A DNA stretch of 64,000 nucleotides from Octopus bimaculoides (lineage: Eukaryota), in the NCBI RefSeq assembly GCF_001194135.2, contig NC_069000.1, positions 23,729,390-23,793,389 on the forward strand, in the 5' to 3' direction. The notes below the pieces were generated by a model, which did no database searches, was not told the origin of the DNA, and saw only the letters and a list, made by a program, of their open reading frames with translations. This document shows positions 50,801 to 64,000 of this stretch, one piece after another; position 1 is the stretch's first letter; each line of letters starts with the position of its first letter. The position numbers and the translations under genes are program-made.

Positions 50801-51090
50801 GACAGTACCGCCTGATTGGCACCTGTGCCGGTGGAATGTAAAAAGCACCGTTCGAGCGTGGTCGATGCCAGTGCCGCCTGACTGTCCCTTGTGCCAGTGG
50901 CACATAAAAAACACCCATTACACTCTCAGAGTGGTTGGCGTTAGGAAGGGCATCCAGCTGTAGAAACTCTGCCAGATTAGATTGGAGTTTGGTGCAGCCT
51001 TCTGGCTTGCCAGTCCTCAGTCAAACCATCCAAACCATGCTAGCATGGAAAGCAGACGTTAAACAACATGACTATGATGATGATGATGAT
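47815..51090 (+). mobile_element. Longest RTE LINE copy (about 3.3 kb): APE endonuclease, RT, PHD finger, 3' UTR; inactivated
   Basis: APE: VGILL, IISAYAPQ, VAGDFSGHVG, SQIDYI. RT: NYRGFKLL, QLGFVPRKSTTDAIF, FVDMEKAFDRVP, HQGSVL, LLYADDLAL, FRYLG. Several stops and frameshifts; (GAT)n tail. Confidence 0.95.
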
Positions 51091-51884
51091 ATATATTATA
51101 CATATGACCAGCTTCTTTCAGTTTCTATCTACCAAATCCACTTACAAGGCTTTGGTCAGCTCAAAGCTATAGTAGAAGGCATTTGATGAAGGTGTGACAT
51201 AGTGGGACTGAATCATGTAGTTGGGAAGCAAGCAGCCACATCTGCACCTATTTCAACATATTGTAAATAGTTTATGTAATATGCTGGCATCTTGTCTTGT
51301 GCCTCTTTGCATCCTGAACCTTTCACTGTCTCTATGCAGATGTATTATGGACAGTGAAAAATACAGTGGAATATTGTACTTCTGCATCTTCTTTTGTGGC
51401 TAGTCTACTACATGGGGAGATTCAATTGTAGAGAAACTTGTTTGGAAGCCAGACTATTCTCAAGGTTGATATCCTAGAGTCCTTAGCATTCTTTGCAAGA
51501 TGACAGGAAAGAAGACTTTGATAGGGAGCTGATTGACCTTCAATTCTTGATGTCAGAAGTGTTGCATTTTTGAACAAGAAGCACCACTGCATTTTGTCAC
51601 ATATTTGAAACCTTGCATAGTCAGAGAAAAAAGTTTATGTAGACCTTGATTTCATCAACTTGAAAGATATCTCCTGTGCTCATGTTTTTACCAGGGACCT
51701 TATAATGGTCCAGTCTCAGAGTTTCTATGTCTTTGATTTAATTTGGGGTCCAACTTTCTACAATATGATCCCTGGCGTTTCTATGCTCAACTTTTCTTTC
51801 CCTTGTTTTCCATTTGCATAGCAGTGCAGGTAATTGTATGTCTTACATTGGCCGATCCTGATTGTCAACATCTAATAAGCTTAA

Positions 51885-52100
51885 GGTGGTGAGCTGGCAG
51901 AATCGTTAGCACGCCAGGTGAAATGCCTAGCGGTATTTCGTCTGTATTTACATTCTGAGTTTAAATTCCGCTAAGGTTGACTTTGCCTTTCATTCTTTCA
52001 GGTTTGATAAATTAAGTACCAGTTGCATACTGGGGCTGATCTAATCGACTGGCCCTCTCCCCAAAAATTTCGGGCCTTGTGCCTAGAGTAGAAAAGAATA
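51885..52100 (+). mobile_element. SINE family A, near full length
   Basis: ggtggtgagctggcagaatcgttagcacgccaggtgaaatg...gcctttcattctttcagg...aagtaccag...ctaatcgactggcc. Confidence 0.9.
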
Positions 52101-52860
52101 TCTAATAAGCTATGTTCACAGCTCAACTGTATAATGTCACAAACTTTTAATACCTTATCAGTTTCTAGAGTTGAGCTATAGCTCTAATATTTCCTTTTTG
52201 AAATAATACAGAACTATTATAGCCCTCTTTTACATAGTCTGTACCTGGCCTTAATAGCTTTATTCATACAGTTTTAAATTATAATCAATGTTCCTCTTAA
52301 TTTTTTGCTGTGGGTGTCTGCAAAAATTTGCTTGTATGCAAATTTTGTGTTTCTTTGCAAAGTGTGTATGCATCCATCTTCAGTTTAAAAAAAATAGAAC
52401 TTGGTTTCCTCATGAAAACCTTATATGCACATATTTTTGTCTTTGTGTGCACAAGCAAAACTATCCAATTCCAGCATGAAGTTTTGATTATTTTAAATAT
52501 GACCAAGTTTTGCTATCAAAATACATTCAAGAATAATTCTAATTTATAAAAAGTGCATAGTTTCATTACAATGTTGGAAAGACAACATTAATAAGTGTGC
52601 AATGAAATACTAATCTTTACTAGAGAAGAAAAATTACATTTTTGAATACAACATGCAAAAATAAAATAACAAAGAATACTTTCTGAATCACAATCTCTAA
52701 TTTTAAAAAAGTAAGTTGAAAATGTGTTTTAAAAAAATGAGTGAGAAAAAGTAATGCTAAAATAAAAAAGAACTGGTAGCTGCTATAATGATAATCTAGT
52801 TACTGTCATAAAATCAAAGAATAACTTTTATGAAGTATTTTTGGCAGAATTCTGCTTTAA

Positions 52861-53284
52861 GCACCTTATATAACCCACATAACTTTTCTATTTTCTGGAT
52901 TTTTCAGAAAATTTTTGTGAATATCTTCTACACACAAGAATTCATATGATTATGCAAAAACCAAAAGAAGAAAAATTTCGTGTGTGATTTAAGGGCTATT
53001 TAGCTGTTATTTTTAGCACATCTCACAACCACTCGATGCTCTCCTCATTTCTTGGTCACTGACTTATTGATGTTTGTCAATATCTTTCTCCCCTTAAACA
53101 CATTTAATGATCTAATGCTGGGAATTAAACAAAAAATTCAGATTGTCCATATTTTAAACTCATTTTTAAAAAATTCAATAAATTACAAAAATACTTTTTT
53201 TCATAATCATATGAATTCTTGTATGTAGGACACAAATATGCAAAGTTTCTGAAAATCCCCCAAAATATAAGTTATATGGGATGC
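52861..53284. mobile_element. MITE with about 100-bp TIRs flanked by TTAA
   Basis: TTAA-gcaccttatataac...caagaattcatatgattatg, mirrored by cataatcatatgaattcttg...gttatatgggatgc-TTAA. The superfamily is unresolved. Confidence 0.75.
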
Positions 53285-53964
53285 TTAAAGCAGAACTCCA
53301 CTGTATTTTTTAAGTCTCAATTATTACTTTCTTCCCTGCTTAACACTTTTGTCACCATACTTCTGTTGAGAAGCTCTGTGTTTCTTTCAATTAATTTTAA
53401 ATATAACAAAGAATTTAGTCAAATAACTTAGTCATCATTCAGCTAGTGTTAGGAACATAAAATGTGACTAAGGTTTGGTGGTAGATTTTAATTCAGAACT
53501 TTTGAAACCAAGACATTTTGTACTACAGAGCCAGAGGCAGTTTGGTATCAAAAGGGTTGAAGTGAACCACTTCCTCTTGAGAATGATGGTTGGTCCTATG
53601 CAGCTGATTCCTCACATGAGGTGCTTGCAGCTGTGCTGGTAGGTAACATTAGGCTTGGCTTGCTTTCACTTATAATAAAAAGAGATGATGAGAAAAGTTC
53701 AGTTTGAGTACTAAATCAAACAAATGCTCGTTGTGAGAGGTCACACTAAGCAGTATGGAATTTTTACTCTTCTAAAATACCACATGTACATACCGTTAGG
53801 GTTCCAGCTGGAGCTACTGCACTTCAAACGCATATATACACTTCATTTATATAAATTACACACACACACATTTACAAATATACACATCTCGTTAGCTATC
53901 TGCACTCATATATATGGGCTTCTTTTAAGTTTTCATCAACCAAATCTACTCATAAGATTTTGGT

Positions 53965-54199
53965 AGTGCGGATGGCACATAAAAGACACCATTTCGAGCG
54001 TGGCCGTTTTCGTGCGGGTGACACGTAAAAAGCACCCACTACACCCTCTGAGTAGTTGGCGTTAGGAAGGGCATCCAGCTGTAGAAACTCTGCCAAATTA
54101 GATTGGAGCCTGGTGTAGCCATCCGGTTGCACCAGTCCTCAGTCAAATCGTCCAACCCATGCTAGCATGGAAAGCGGGCGTTAAACGATGATGATGATG
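53965..54199 (+). mobile_element. RTE 3'-end copy inserted into a family B SINE
   Basis: The conserved RTE 3' terminus and (GAT)n tail are flanked by the two halves of a minus-strand SINE B (about 53915-53964 and 54200-54278). Confidence 0.8.
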
Positions 54200-54599
54200 A
54201 TAGAAGCAGGCACTTGCCCAGTGGGACTGAATCTAAAACCACATGGTTGAGAACCAAACTTCTTAACCTCACAGCCTTGCACTTACACACATACAGTAAT
54301 AATCTGGTTAGCTCTTGATACATTCCTAAAAAATGTAGTGCTAAATGAGGTGATTAACATAATATAAACAGAGACAAGCTTGATAGACTATTCCTAACAG
54401 TGATATGAAAATAAATAGTGTTAAAAAATCTAGAAAATCCAGAGTCACACTGCCACACCTTCCAAATAGCTTTAGATAACCTCAGTGTGATCTAAAGTTA
54501 CGATAAAATTAGTAAAAATTTGATTTAATGCTGTTAAAAAATTAATAGGTCAAATTAATCAACTTTAACTACGAGTACATCGACCTCGTTGCCATAAAT

Positions 54600-55400
54600 T
54601 CACTTGAAAAGCAGCAGTGTGAAAAAGCATGGAAGGTGTTGAGACAAGACCAGGCACATTTTGAAGAATATTTAATTTTTGTCTGTTTTCTTCAATCTTC
54701 TTTGCAGAAACAGGGTATCAGGTCTAGAACAGCCCTCCTTACTTCCCTGCTGTGTTCCTAGGTAGGGTTGTTCTCAGGTATTGGGTCTGCAATTTCTGTA
54801 ATCTTAGTGACAATGTAATTGGGGAACAATTCTTCTTGGTGTTACTGACTCTACAGTAGTCTTCAGACCCATTTTGGAAATGTTACTGTTCTACCTCTTC
54901 AATAGATAAACCATGAGACTTTATAATCTTATTGGTGACTGCTGGAATTATTTTGTTCTTCAAATTCCAGAAAGTTAGTGCATGCTTCTCTGATCATGTT
55001 TCATGATACACTTAAAAAGCCTGGAGACATTCTTTGGCTGTCTGGTTCTCTGTATTTGCAGCTTCACTGTATTTGGATCTATCAGTCTAACCTCTCATAG
55101 CAGTGAATGCTTCTAAATTCTCCTTCTTGTAAGTGCCTGAAAATGCTACTTGCTTTTTCTATTAATGTTTCATTGCATTTTGTTGTCCATCAATATAGTC
55201 AACAACTTTCAAAGAAAAAAAAAACTTTCAATGAGTCATCTTTGCTATAATTAGATTGTCCAAGTTCTTCATGATGGTTATAATAGCTGATGTAGCCCAT
55301 TATATGCCTGATGCTTGCAAATTTCCAATCACTTCAACACTTGCAATTTCACATCTAGTATGATGCTTTTGACAGTTTAGATGAATTTTCAGCATTTAGA
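54600..55400 (-). mobile_element. Degenerate RTE-like LINE RT C-terminal fragment
   Basis: Decayed remnants of the YLG...EVxxRI...FxxL region on the minus strand. Confidence 0.45.
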
Positions 55401-57161
55401 ATTGCAGGTTATTTTCCACTCATGATGAGTAAAAATCATGTGAAAAATGTGAGGGTGTAACAGAAGTGTGTAATGCTTTTATGTTTGGTTGTTTGAGCTT
55501 AAATACTGCAGAATGGGCTCACCAGACCTTTTCTTTCCATTTAGTCACATGATCTAGCGGGTTGCCAAACTAGTTGCATATATTGGTCAATTACTAACTG
55601 TCCAGTCATGTGTTTGCAACAGTTTGTTTTCAACACAGGAAAGACCACTTTGTCTCTGGAACCTACCCAAGGTTATAAAAACCATTCTATTTTGCCTCGC
55701 TTAGCCTTTGGCAGCAGCCATTGACCACATGTCTCTTTGGACCAATGTCGGTGAGCCAGACACCAGCCAATCACACAGCTTACTTCAACCAGTCTGGTTT
55801 TCATCATTACCACAACAGACAGCAGACCACATCAACAAACCCAGCAGAACTGAAGTCATTTAAATCTTAGTTCCAGACTGTAATATAATCACCATTCTCT
55901 TTTGGCAATCTCATTTTTATAATAAGAGGAATAAATCATCACGTATTCAACTTATCCAAATCTTATTATTTGCTACTTCTTTCTCCGTTATAAGGGAATA
56001 TGCATGAATGTGAATAATAGTTTCTTACATCTCTCCCTAATTTCATTTTCAAGAAAAACTCTAGGAAATCAGTCATGTATTTCACAAAAACATTTTCACC
56101 CATTTTAATTCCCTGGAATAACAATAAGACTAATCTTTTATTATATTTTTACACTTCTACAAATGTTTTGCAGCAACAAATTTAATTTTCACTTTGCATT
56201 TAAATAATATTTACTATAAGACAATATAGAAGACTTGATGTCACAACAAAAGGATGAGACAATAGAGACAAAAATTATAAAGTAGAGAAAATTTAAAACA
56301 ATGCCCAAGAGGAAAGTATCAATATACTGAACACTAATGTGCATGATACCTTCAGTATGGAAGAGAAATTCAACAGATATGTAGAGAGAAAATGGATGGT
56401 GAAGAGTGAGATGATTATATGTGACAACAGAGAGAGGGAGAAGTATGATGAAGTACAGTAGACAGAGTGTCATGAAGAACTTCAAGAAAGGAAATGAGTA
56501 TAAAACAAGAATTAATTAATTTGAAGAATATTCACTCAAGAACATGTCAGAAACAAATTTGGTGGTCTTATGATACAATATCAGAATAAGCAAGTTTTTA
56601 TTTCTCAATAATTTTTAGCCAATGTCGAACTCATTATCATAAATATATTCAACCTAATGAAACAATGCTATGAAGGTATATACATTTATGCATCAGAATA
56701 ACAGAAATTTTATAAAATGTGAAATTTCCATGGGTCTCACTCACTATTGCCCCACTGAAAATGTTGTCCAAGAGAAAAGAATGCTATAGTGATTCAGTGC
56801 TATGCAAGGTGTATGTATATATAAACATACATATACACATAGAGTCTTGTTTGGGCAAATGCCCCAGAATGCATCCTTATAAGCTCCTATGCTTCTCTTG
56901 GTCAGCTACTGTTTGTAAATTCCAAGTTTATTTATTAAAGTATTTTCTTCATACTCCACTCTAACACGTGTTTTTGCTGGATAAGTGTCCTTTGATATAG
57001 CACTTATGTGCATTTAGTTGATTTATATAGCAACACATTCAAATCTAAAGGTTGACAATCATATGCAGCTTTATTCAAGGTGTTACCTATACAGGTGGGT
57101 GAAGCAATTGTATCAGATTGCTCATAAGGTATCTGCCCAGATTTCAAATCCATATTCCTTC

Positions 57162-57189
<28 letters not shown>

Positions 57190-57194
<5 letters not shown>

Positions 57195-57496
57195 GGGACA
57201 AAGTATTGAAGGCCGATCTCAAGGCACTGAGCCTTACAAAGGAGATGCCAAAGGACCAAGATATCTGGTGCACTGCTGTACTTAAGAATACCCATCTGCC
57301 ATAGCAGAACTGATACCAGTGCTGGTACCACATAAAAAGAACGCAGTACGCTCTGTGGAGTGGTTGGCATTAAGAAGGGCATCCAACTATAGAAACTATG
57401 CCAGAACAGACAATGGTGTGGCCCCTGGCCTTACCAGCTCCAGTCAAACCATCCAACCCATGCCAGTATGGAAACTGGATGTTAACAGGATGATGA
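57190..57496 (+). mobile_element. RTE-family 3' UTR fragment
   Basis: ggagtggttggcattaagaagggcatccaac...ccatccaacccatgccagtatggaa followed by a gatgatgat tail. Confidence 0.8.
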
Positions 57497-57734
57497 TAGT
57501 TAAAAACTCACAAATAAAACCAGGAAGAGTGTAAGGTAAAGAGGAAACAAATGATAAATAAAACATGAAATTAAACAAGTAAAACGTGGTGGGAAATGTG
57601 TAGGGAAATAAAACAAGATACTCAGTGTACAATGAAAATAAATGGAAAAGAAGCTAATGTTTTGGATTACACCTTATCAAAGAAAAGTAAGAGAGAAAAA
57701 TATATAGGAATGAAACTTAATGTAATATCTAAAT

Positions 57735-58043
57735 CGCTGGTTCTCAACCAGGGGTCCATGTAAAATTTTTTGGGTCCATGCTCACAAAATAGTGTATTGG
57801 GGATCCAAAGTAATATTTTAAGAGTCCACAAAAAATTTTGATTTAGATGTATTCATTCTAAGAAACAGCTGGGTTTCATTCTCTGTTTTATATAGTTCAA
57901 CCTACACAAGTTAATGTATGAAAAACAAAATAGGAATTTGGAAAGAAGTCTCTAAACATCAAATGGCTATGGGGATCCTCCAAAATAAAAAAAAAAATAG
58001 TAATAAAAGGGGTTCACAGATAAGAAATGGTTGAGAATCACTA
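57735..58043. mobile_element. hAT-type MITE (309 bp)
   Basis: TIRs cgctggttctcaacc/ggttgagaatcacta, with an exact 8-bp target duplication ATCTAAAT at 57727-57734 and 58044-58051. Confidence 0.9.
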
Positions 58044-59498
58044 ATCTAAATGATTACAAAATCTTTACTTAAGTGTATAGTTGACGACAAACAAGCAGGA
58101 TGAGAAAAAGTTTATGGAAAAGGGTTTTTAACTGGTCACATTGTCTATGCCATTTAATATGCCTTGGGAGGCTTGCATTTAAGTTAATGAGGATTTTTGG
58201 AATGTGTTGGCAGTAAGAAATTACTATTAGAACCGAGTGACAAATGATGTGGAGTTTCTCTGTAAGACAGAAATTGTAAAGCTTTCAATCATTCCTACAG
58301 GTTTTGCCATGGTTCACCAATGTAATGTTTGTAGTTATTTCTATTTTTGGATGTTCAAATATATTTGGAGAATGCAGTTGTATTTTTCGGCTGATGAAAA
58401 GAGCTCCTGCACTGGTAAAGTAATTAAATAACATGTACCTCATTGCAGTATTATTTGTGAAGATGGCAGCGTAATATATAGTATTTTCTTCTGGACATTG
58501 ACATTTTAATAGAAAGAGGTCAATATTTCACCAAATTATATATTGGCACTTTTTGTTCTCGATGTGATAGCAATATTCTGGTGGTGGATAGGTAGAATGG
58601 TAAAGAACATTAGTGAAGACATGTGCAGAAGTGGTTAGAGTGTATGGCTCATGATGGGCTTGCTTCAGTTTCTGTCTATAAAATCTACACACAAGGGTTT
58701 AACTGGCCTGGGACTGTATTAGAAGTCACTTGCACAAGTTACCCATATATATATATATATATATAGCTGTGTTGTTAAGAAGTTCATTTCCCAACCACTG
58801 CATGGCATCTTATAGTCTTAGGTCAACCAAAGTCTTGTGAGTGGAATCGATAGATGCAAACTAAAAGAAGCTCATCATGTATGTGTGTGTTTGTGAGAGT
58901 GAGTTTGTATTTCTCAAGTCTATACATGTGTTCATTCATTGGTTTGTAAACAATGGCTTCATTAACAATGTCATCTGTTTGTAGTCCACTAAAAAAGCAT
59001 GTTACCCAACCATTGTAAACAAAACACTCATTTTAGTATCATTTGTTTTCAGTTCTCCATGTAAACATGTCCAAGTTGTTTATAGACTGAAAGATTATTT
59101 CCTAATTTGGAAACAGGTGAGGGTTGGCATCAGGAAGAGCATCTGGCCTTGGAAATCTCTTCCCAACATACTCTTTCTTGTCTGATCCATGCAAGCATAG
59201 AAAAATAGACATTAAAACAATAATGATTATGTGTGTGTTTGTGTGTGTGTATATATTTATAAGTGCTCACACACAAACCCACATGTTTTACTGATTGATG
59301 AGATCTCACAAGATCAAAGCATGTCTGTTGCTTTTGCCAGTTGGCTTAAAGACAAGATCCACTCCTAACTGCATTTTAAAAAATTTTCCTAAAATTTGAA
59401 ATAGCTCATATTAAAGTTATCTCCCCATTTTAAAACAACCTCTGGGAGCTTTTGCCTTCTCATTGTAAAGATAATCTTAGTAAATCAACATTATACTA

Positions 59499-60393
59499 CA
59501 AGAGTGGGCTGAAAAGTTCATAGGAGTGATGTTAAAGCTGTGAAATCTCGCATACATTAATTTCAACCCCTCTTATTAATAATTGCATTGTTTCTTTCCA
59601 GGTAAGCTGACATCTGACAATTCAAGGAAGACTTCAAAAGTAACTGGTAGCAATTTCTCTTGAAAAATGGACAAAATTTTGTATTGTGGTATTATCAAGT
59701 ACCTCCAGAAAAAGGGTCTAGTTCCCAAGGACATTCATACTGACATGGTTGCTACCTTAGGGGATGACACGCTAGTTTTATCAACAGTAAAAAAGAGGGC
59801 AGCTGAATTTAGGATGGGTAAAGACAGTCTTGAAGATGACCCAGCATCTGGATGTCCTGCAACTGCTACCACTGAAGAAAACATTGTGTTCACCATATGG
59901 TGATGGATGACAGGCAATTGATAATAAATCAAATAGCCAATACTATTAGCATGTCCTGTGAGAGAGTTGAGAATATTCTGCCCAATAAATTTGACATGAT
60001 GGAGGTTTCTGCTTGGCAAGTGCCACAGCCGACACCTGATCAAAATGTGCACCAGGCTGATCACATCACAACAAAATCTGACATTGTTTTAGGCAGATCC
60101 AGCTGGTTTCCTTGAATGTTTCCTAACCAGGATGAGTATTGGCATCATCACATTGAGCCAGAGAGAAAGAGACAGTCCATGCATTGAAAACACTACTCCT
60201 CAATTGCACCAAAGAAGGCCAAGGTCATATCATCGGCAGGGTAGGTGATGGCCTCTTTTTTTGTGATGCAAAAAACACTGTGTTTATTGACTATCTTAAA
60301 AAGGACCACAACATCAAAGGAGAGTTCTATACCAACTTGCTCAAAATGAATCTCATTTGGTGGTCAGCCTCTGAACTTTTCAGTCAACCCTTC
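59499..60393 (+). mobile_element. Internally deleted mariner (Tc1/mariner) transposon
   Basis: TA-flanked ~30-bp TIRs (caagagtgggctgaaaagttcatagg / cctctgaacttttcagtcaacccttc). The frameshifted transposase reads IIKYLQKKGL...IHTDMVATLGD...SLEDDP...VSAWQVP...VFIDYL. The C-terminal third is missing. Confidence 0.9.
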
Positions 60394-63300
60394 TATATTA
60401 TATAAAAAGGAATCTATATTGTATGTGCATGCAGAATGCCAAGGTAATTTCTCTTAACTATTTTGTTTGTGCGTGTGTACTTTTTCTCAGAAAATTAAAA
60501 AATATCCTTCAGTTGATGTTCATTTTTCTTTATTCAATTTATTATATAAAATGCATATATTCATACAATACCTTTAATTTTTTTTCTTTATGTTGATCTG
60601 CTGAAAAACAAGATTTGAACAACCCCAATATTCAGTATATTAAGTAAATAAGACACACTGACTCTATTAGAAATGCAAAAACAGGCAGTACATCCAGGTT
60701 CCCTTTCAATACTGATGTTGGTTCTATGATACAAAACATCTATCTTTAATAACAACAGTTTGGTAATAAAACCCATCCAAAATCTTATTTTCAAAAATTA
60801 ATTGGAATACACAAGTAGAGTATTTCATAAAAAATACTGTTATGGAAGAGTTAAACAGTGATTATATCTCCCCACCAGATGAGAAGTCTAGTCTATTAAA
60901 TGCTTTGTTGCACGTGTATTTCTCTAACAAGATGTACTCAAGGCATTAAGCCACCTACCTAACTGCTAGACCAAATTATCAACAAGCCAATAGGGGAGCC
61001 TTTATATGATTGCATGACCTGCCAGAGATAGCAGCCAAATCTCTTTCAAATCACATTCCACCATCTTACAAAAAGGACACACTGATCCTAAGTTGTCTGC
61101 ATATAGGGAAAAGACGGGAGGGCACACAACTGAAATGCTTTTAATCATAGATCTGCTCAGTTAGAAATGATTTGGAAATACAAAACAACTACATCACCCA
61201 ATTAATTTGACATCTTAAACCCACATTATTGCTCCAAGTGTGTCAAAATGATTCTTTAAATCATAGTCAACAACAAATTTACAGATGACTTTTACTACTG
61301 ACCAAGACAAAACTTAGTTTAAGTTCCTTCAATTGTTAGGCTTGAATGTTCTCTCTTGGAAATTTTAACCTCCAAACTACTTCAGAGTAAAGCTAAATAC
61401 ATATATTCACATATATAATGAATATCTGAAAGATATACAAGTAATCTGATCTTACATAGTAATGACATATGGACATTAAGTTTGGCAGGTCTATAGTTGC
61501 TGTTTAACCCTGATTGAGTGGGTATTTTGGCCATGATCATCTATTCATTTTTCAAGAATTGCATTGTATACTCTGATCACACTGTCCAGTGTATTCTTTT
61601 ATAAGATGTAAGGGTATGATTTTAAGAAATCTGGTTGCTATTTCTAGCAGGTTGAGTGACTGTGCAGAGGCTACTACATTGCAAATGGAAGTTCAAAAGA
61701 AATAAATTGTATATGATCCACTGATTGTGCAACACATTAACATTAAAGAAAGGTAGAGCACAAACAAGCTGGATAATCAAGGCAACACCTCTGTAAGAGA
61801 GGTGGCTGCACTGGTGTAGGCATTTCATGCAAACAGATAAGTGTTAAGTGAAAATGAGATAACAGTGGAAGTTAAATATTACATTGAGAACCTAAGATAT
61901 AAAGATGAAGTGATGAGAGAGTACTTCACACCTGTCTAAGCTACACCGGCATCAATGCAAAAACAATATATATACTCTATATCTAATGATTATATACTAT
62001 ATGTACATATAACTACTCCAGACCATAATGGCAGAACAAGTCAATGTATTTAACAATAATGATAGATATGCAAAAATTTTGAACTGGAGGAATGCAACAC
62101 CAAACAGAGTGGCTATGAATGTGCCATTTGAGCCTAAAACCTAATCAGTGTCAGTCCATTGCAGTTCTATCACCTGATATCGGTTGTCTTATTCTACATG
62201 TGCTGCATAGGATGGCCCTGAAACCATAGTCTGTGGGTCACCCCCATCAGTGAAAACAAATCTATGCCATTTTTTCCTGGTGATATTTTCTTCAACAGAG
62301 AGAAATTGAAAGTCTCAAATTATAAGAAAGAGCTAACAATATACATGTACAAGCCAACAATATACAAGTACATATAGTGACCGCAGAATTTGACTAGTAC
62401 TTTATTTTATCAACCCTAGAGGGTGATTAGTTGACCATAGTAGGATTTGAACTCAAAACCTACTATGGAATTTTGCTAAATACCATAAGTATTTTATCCA
62501 AGGCTTTCATTTCTAACATATTAAATGTGTTCCCTAATCCTATATATTCTGTCACTACAATAACAGCTTCTGCTCCTCAGAATAAGGTAACTGCACCCAG
62601 GCCCACCTAACCCTACCCTACTAATTTATGCTTAATTCTTCCAACTTATTCTAAACTGTGTATCTTATTGAACATTTATGTTGGGAATATCTTGTGGTGG
62701 GTACCTGTGCATCAACGGTAAAATAAACTGTTGTACACCAGCAATCACATATAATTTGCTTTTCTGTTGTTATAGCAAAGATAGTACATCTATCTAAAAC
62801 AAAATATATCATTAAAGAAAAAAAAGCCATTCACCTGGTGGAAAAACTGACTATGACAGTGCAATAGGTCCTTAATTCTCTGAACTTGTTTGATTTAATT
62901 TTATACGTTACTAGCTTAAAAGCCGCATTCTGTGCAGACTTTTGAGCTCACTCCTGTGAATGCTAATTGGGCCTGCAGCCCAAAACTAAAGAGAGAAATA
63001 ATAATAATAAAGCATTTATTGGTAATCTACCAATATGGTATTAAATGAAAAACTTGAAAGTTCACAAATTTTTGGAGTTCTTTTAGAATTTGAATTTTCA
63101 ACTGTTAGCATATAACAAATCCTCATCCAAACATGATCCCAATGCTGGATGTTCAAGAACCACATGATGGGCAGGTTTCCAATCCCTGGCTCATTCTGAC
63201 TCCAAAAAGGTATTATATGTCTATGTAGAGCAAATGTAAACTGAGATACAGGGGTCTCGGATGGATAGACAGAACTTTGCGTTTATTATTATAGGTAAGC

Positions 63301-64000
63301 ACCAGTTTGAGAAAAAAAAACAAAGAGAGAAAACAGGTTCACTAATGAAATTCAAACCACGTATTTATTGCCTGGAAGAGTCTGTCTGTCTCATCAGAGG
63401 GTGTGTCTCTTTTCTGTCTCAACTGGGTTCTTAAATTCTATTAATTTAAGTAGAAAATCTTAGTAGTTAATTCATTGTTGAATTTATGCTAAATCCAATA
63501 CAAACAGACATCTCCGTGTTACTTTCAGAATATCAAACTGAATGTTTTCAGTTTTTCCTCTTCTGCAATATAAATGTTTCTCGTAATCCCAATTTTGCTT
63601 AGCCCTGATTTCATAGCGTTATGTGGATATGACTGGGTACAGATTACATCTATAGGTAATATAATACATGGTGGGTGAATGAAACAATGAACTTTCAACA
63701 ATAAATTAGTTAAATTACACACTATATTGGTTAAAAATTAAAATTCTTTTCTTAATGTGTCTTATGAAACTTGCCAAAAAGGTTTACGTGAACCAAGGGA
63801 GACATAGCCCCTTTAAAAAAAAAAGCAGGATGGTCACAGCTTTTATTATGGACTTACTAAATCAAGGGTATAATAGTACTTATAGTGAACAAGTAATGTT
63901 TATAAAGGTTACTTGATGATGATCGTTAGTCCTGTGAGGACTGGTGAATTACAAGCATGTCGAAACCACGACGCAATTTCAATCCTTAATTCATGTAGGG

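Noticed and set aside
51240-51860. Possible further LINE RT remnant
   Set aside because: It is too degenerate to show a diagnostic motif with confidence.
16547-62310. A large minus-strand host gene containing the zinc-finger and Tim9 genes in its introns (candidate exons near 16547, 20788, 21760, 43258, 56745, 58444, 60660 and 62250)
   Set aside because: Individual splice signals look plausible, but I could not chain them in a consistent phase or into a recognisable protein.

Overview
AT-rich, repeat-dense eukaryotic genomic DNA with seven N-gaps. The SINE families, microsatellite load and C2H2 gene suggest an octopod cephalopod such as Octopus; this is inferred, not looked up. Two protein-coding genes are well supported, both on the + strand: a 13-finger C2H2 zinc-finger gene with a single coding exon (30166-31887) and the mitochondrial chaperone Tim9 (41434-41727). 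Most of the rest is decayed mobile DNA: two abundant tRNA-derived SINE families, many RTE LINE copies (one about 3.3 kb with APE and RT), CR1-like LINE pieces, two Penelope GIY-YIG fragments, two Gypsy-type LTR fragments, a deleted mariner, a Merlin/IS1595-like transposase fragment, hAT- and piggyBac-type MITEs, a Helitron 3' end and several long-TIR foldback elements. Splice-signal-bounded small exons suggest one unidentified minus-strand gene at the left edge and possibly a plus-strand spliced transcript at 8-18 kb. I found no clearly new biological system. The best leads are a PHD finger inserted inside the RT domain of the resident RTE family, a variable-number palindromic repeat in that family's 3' UTR, a near-perfect 136-bp inverted duplication, and a piggyBac MITE that may supply the zinc-finger gene's poly(A) signal.
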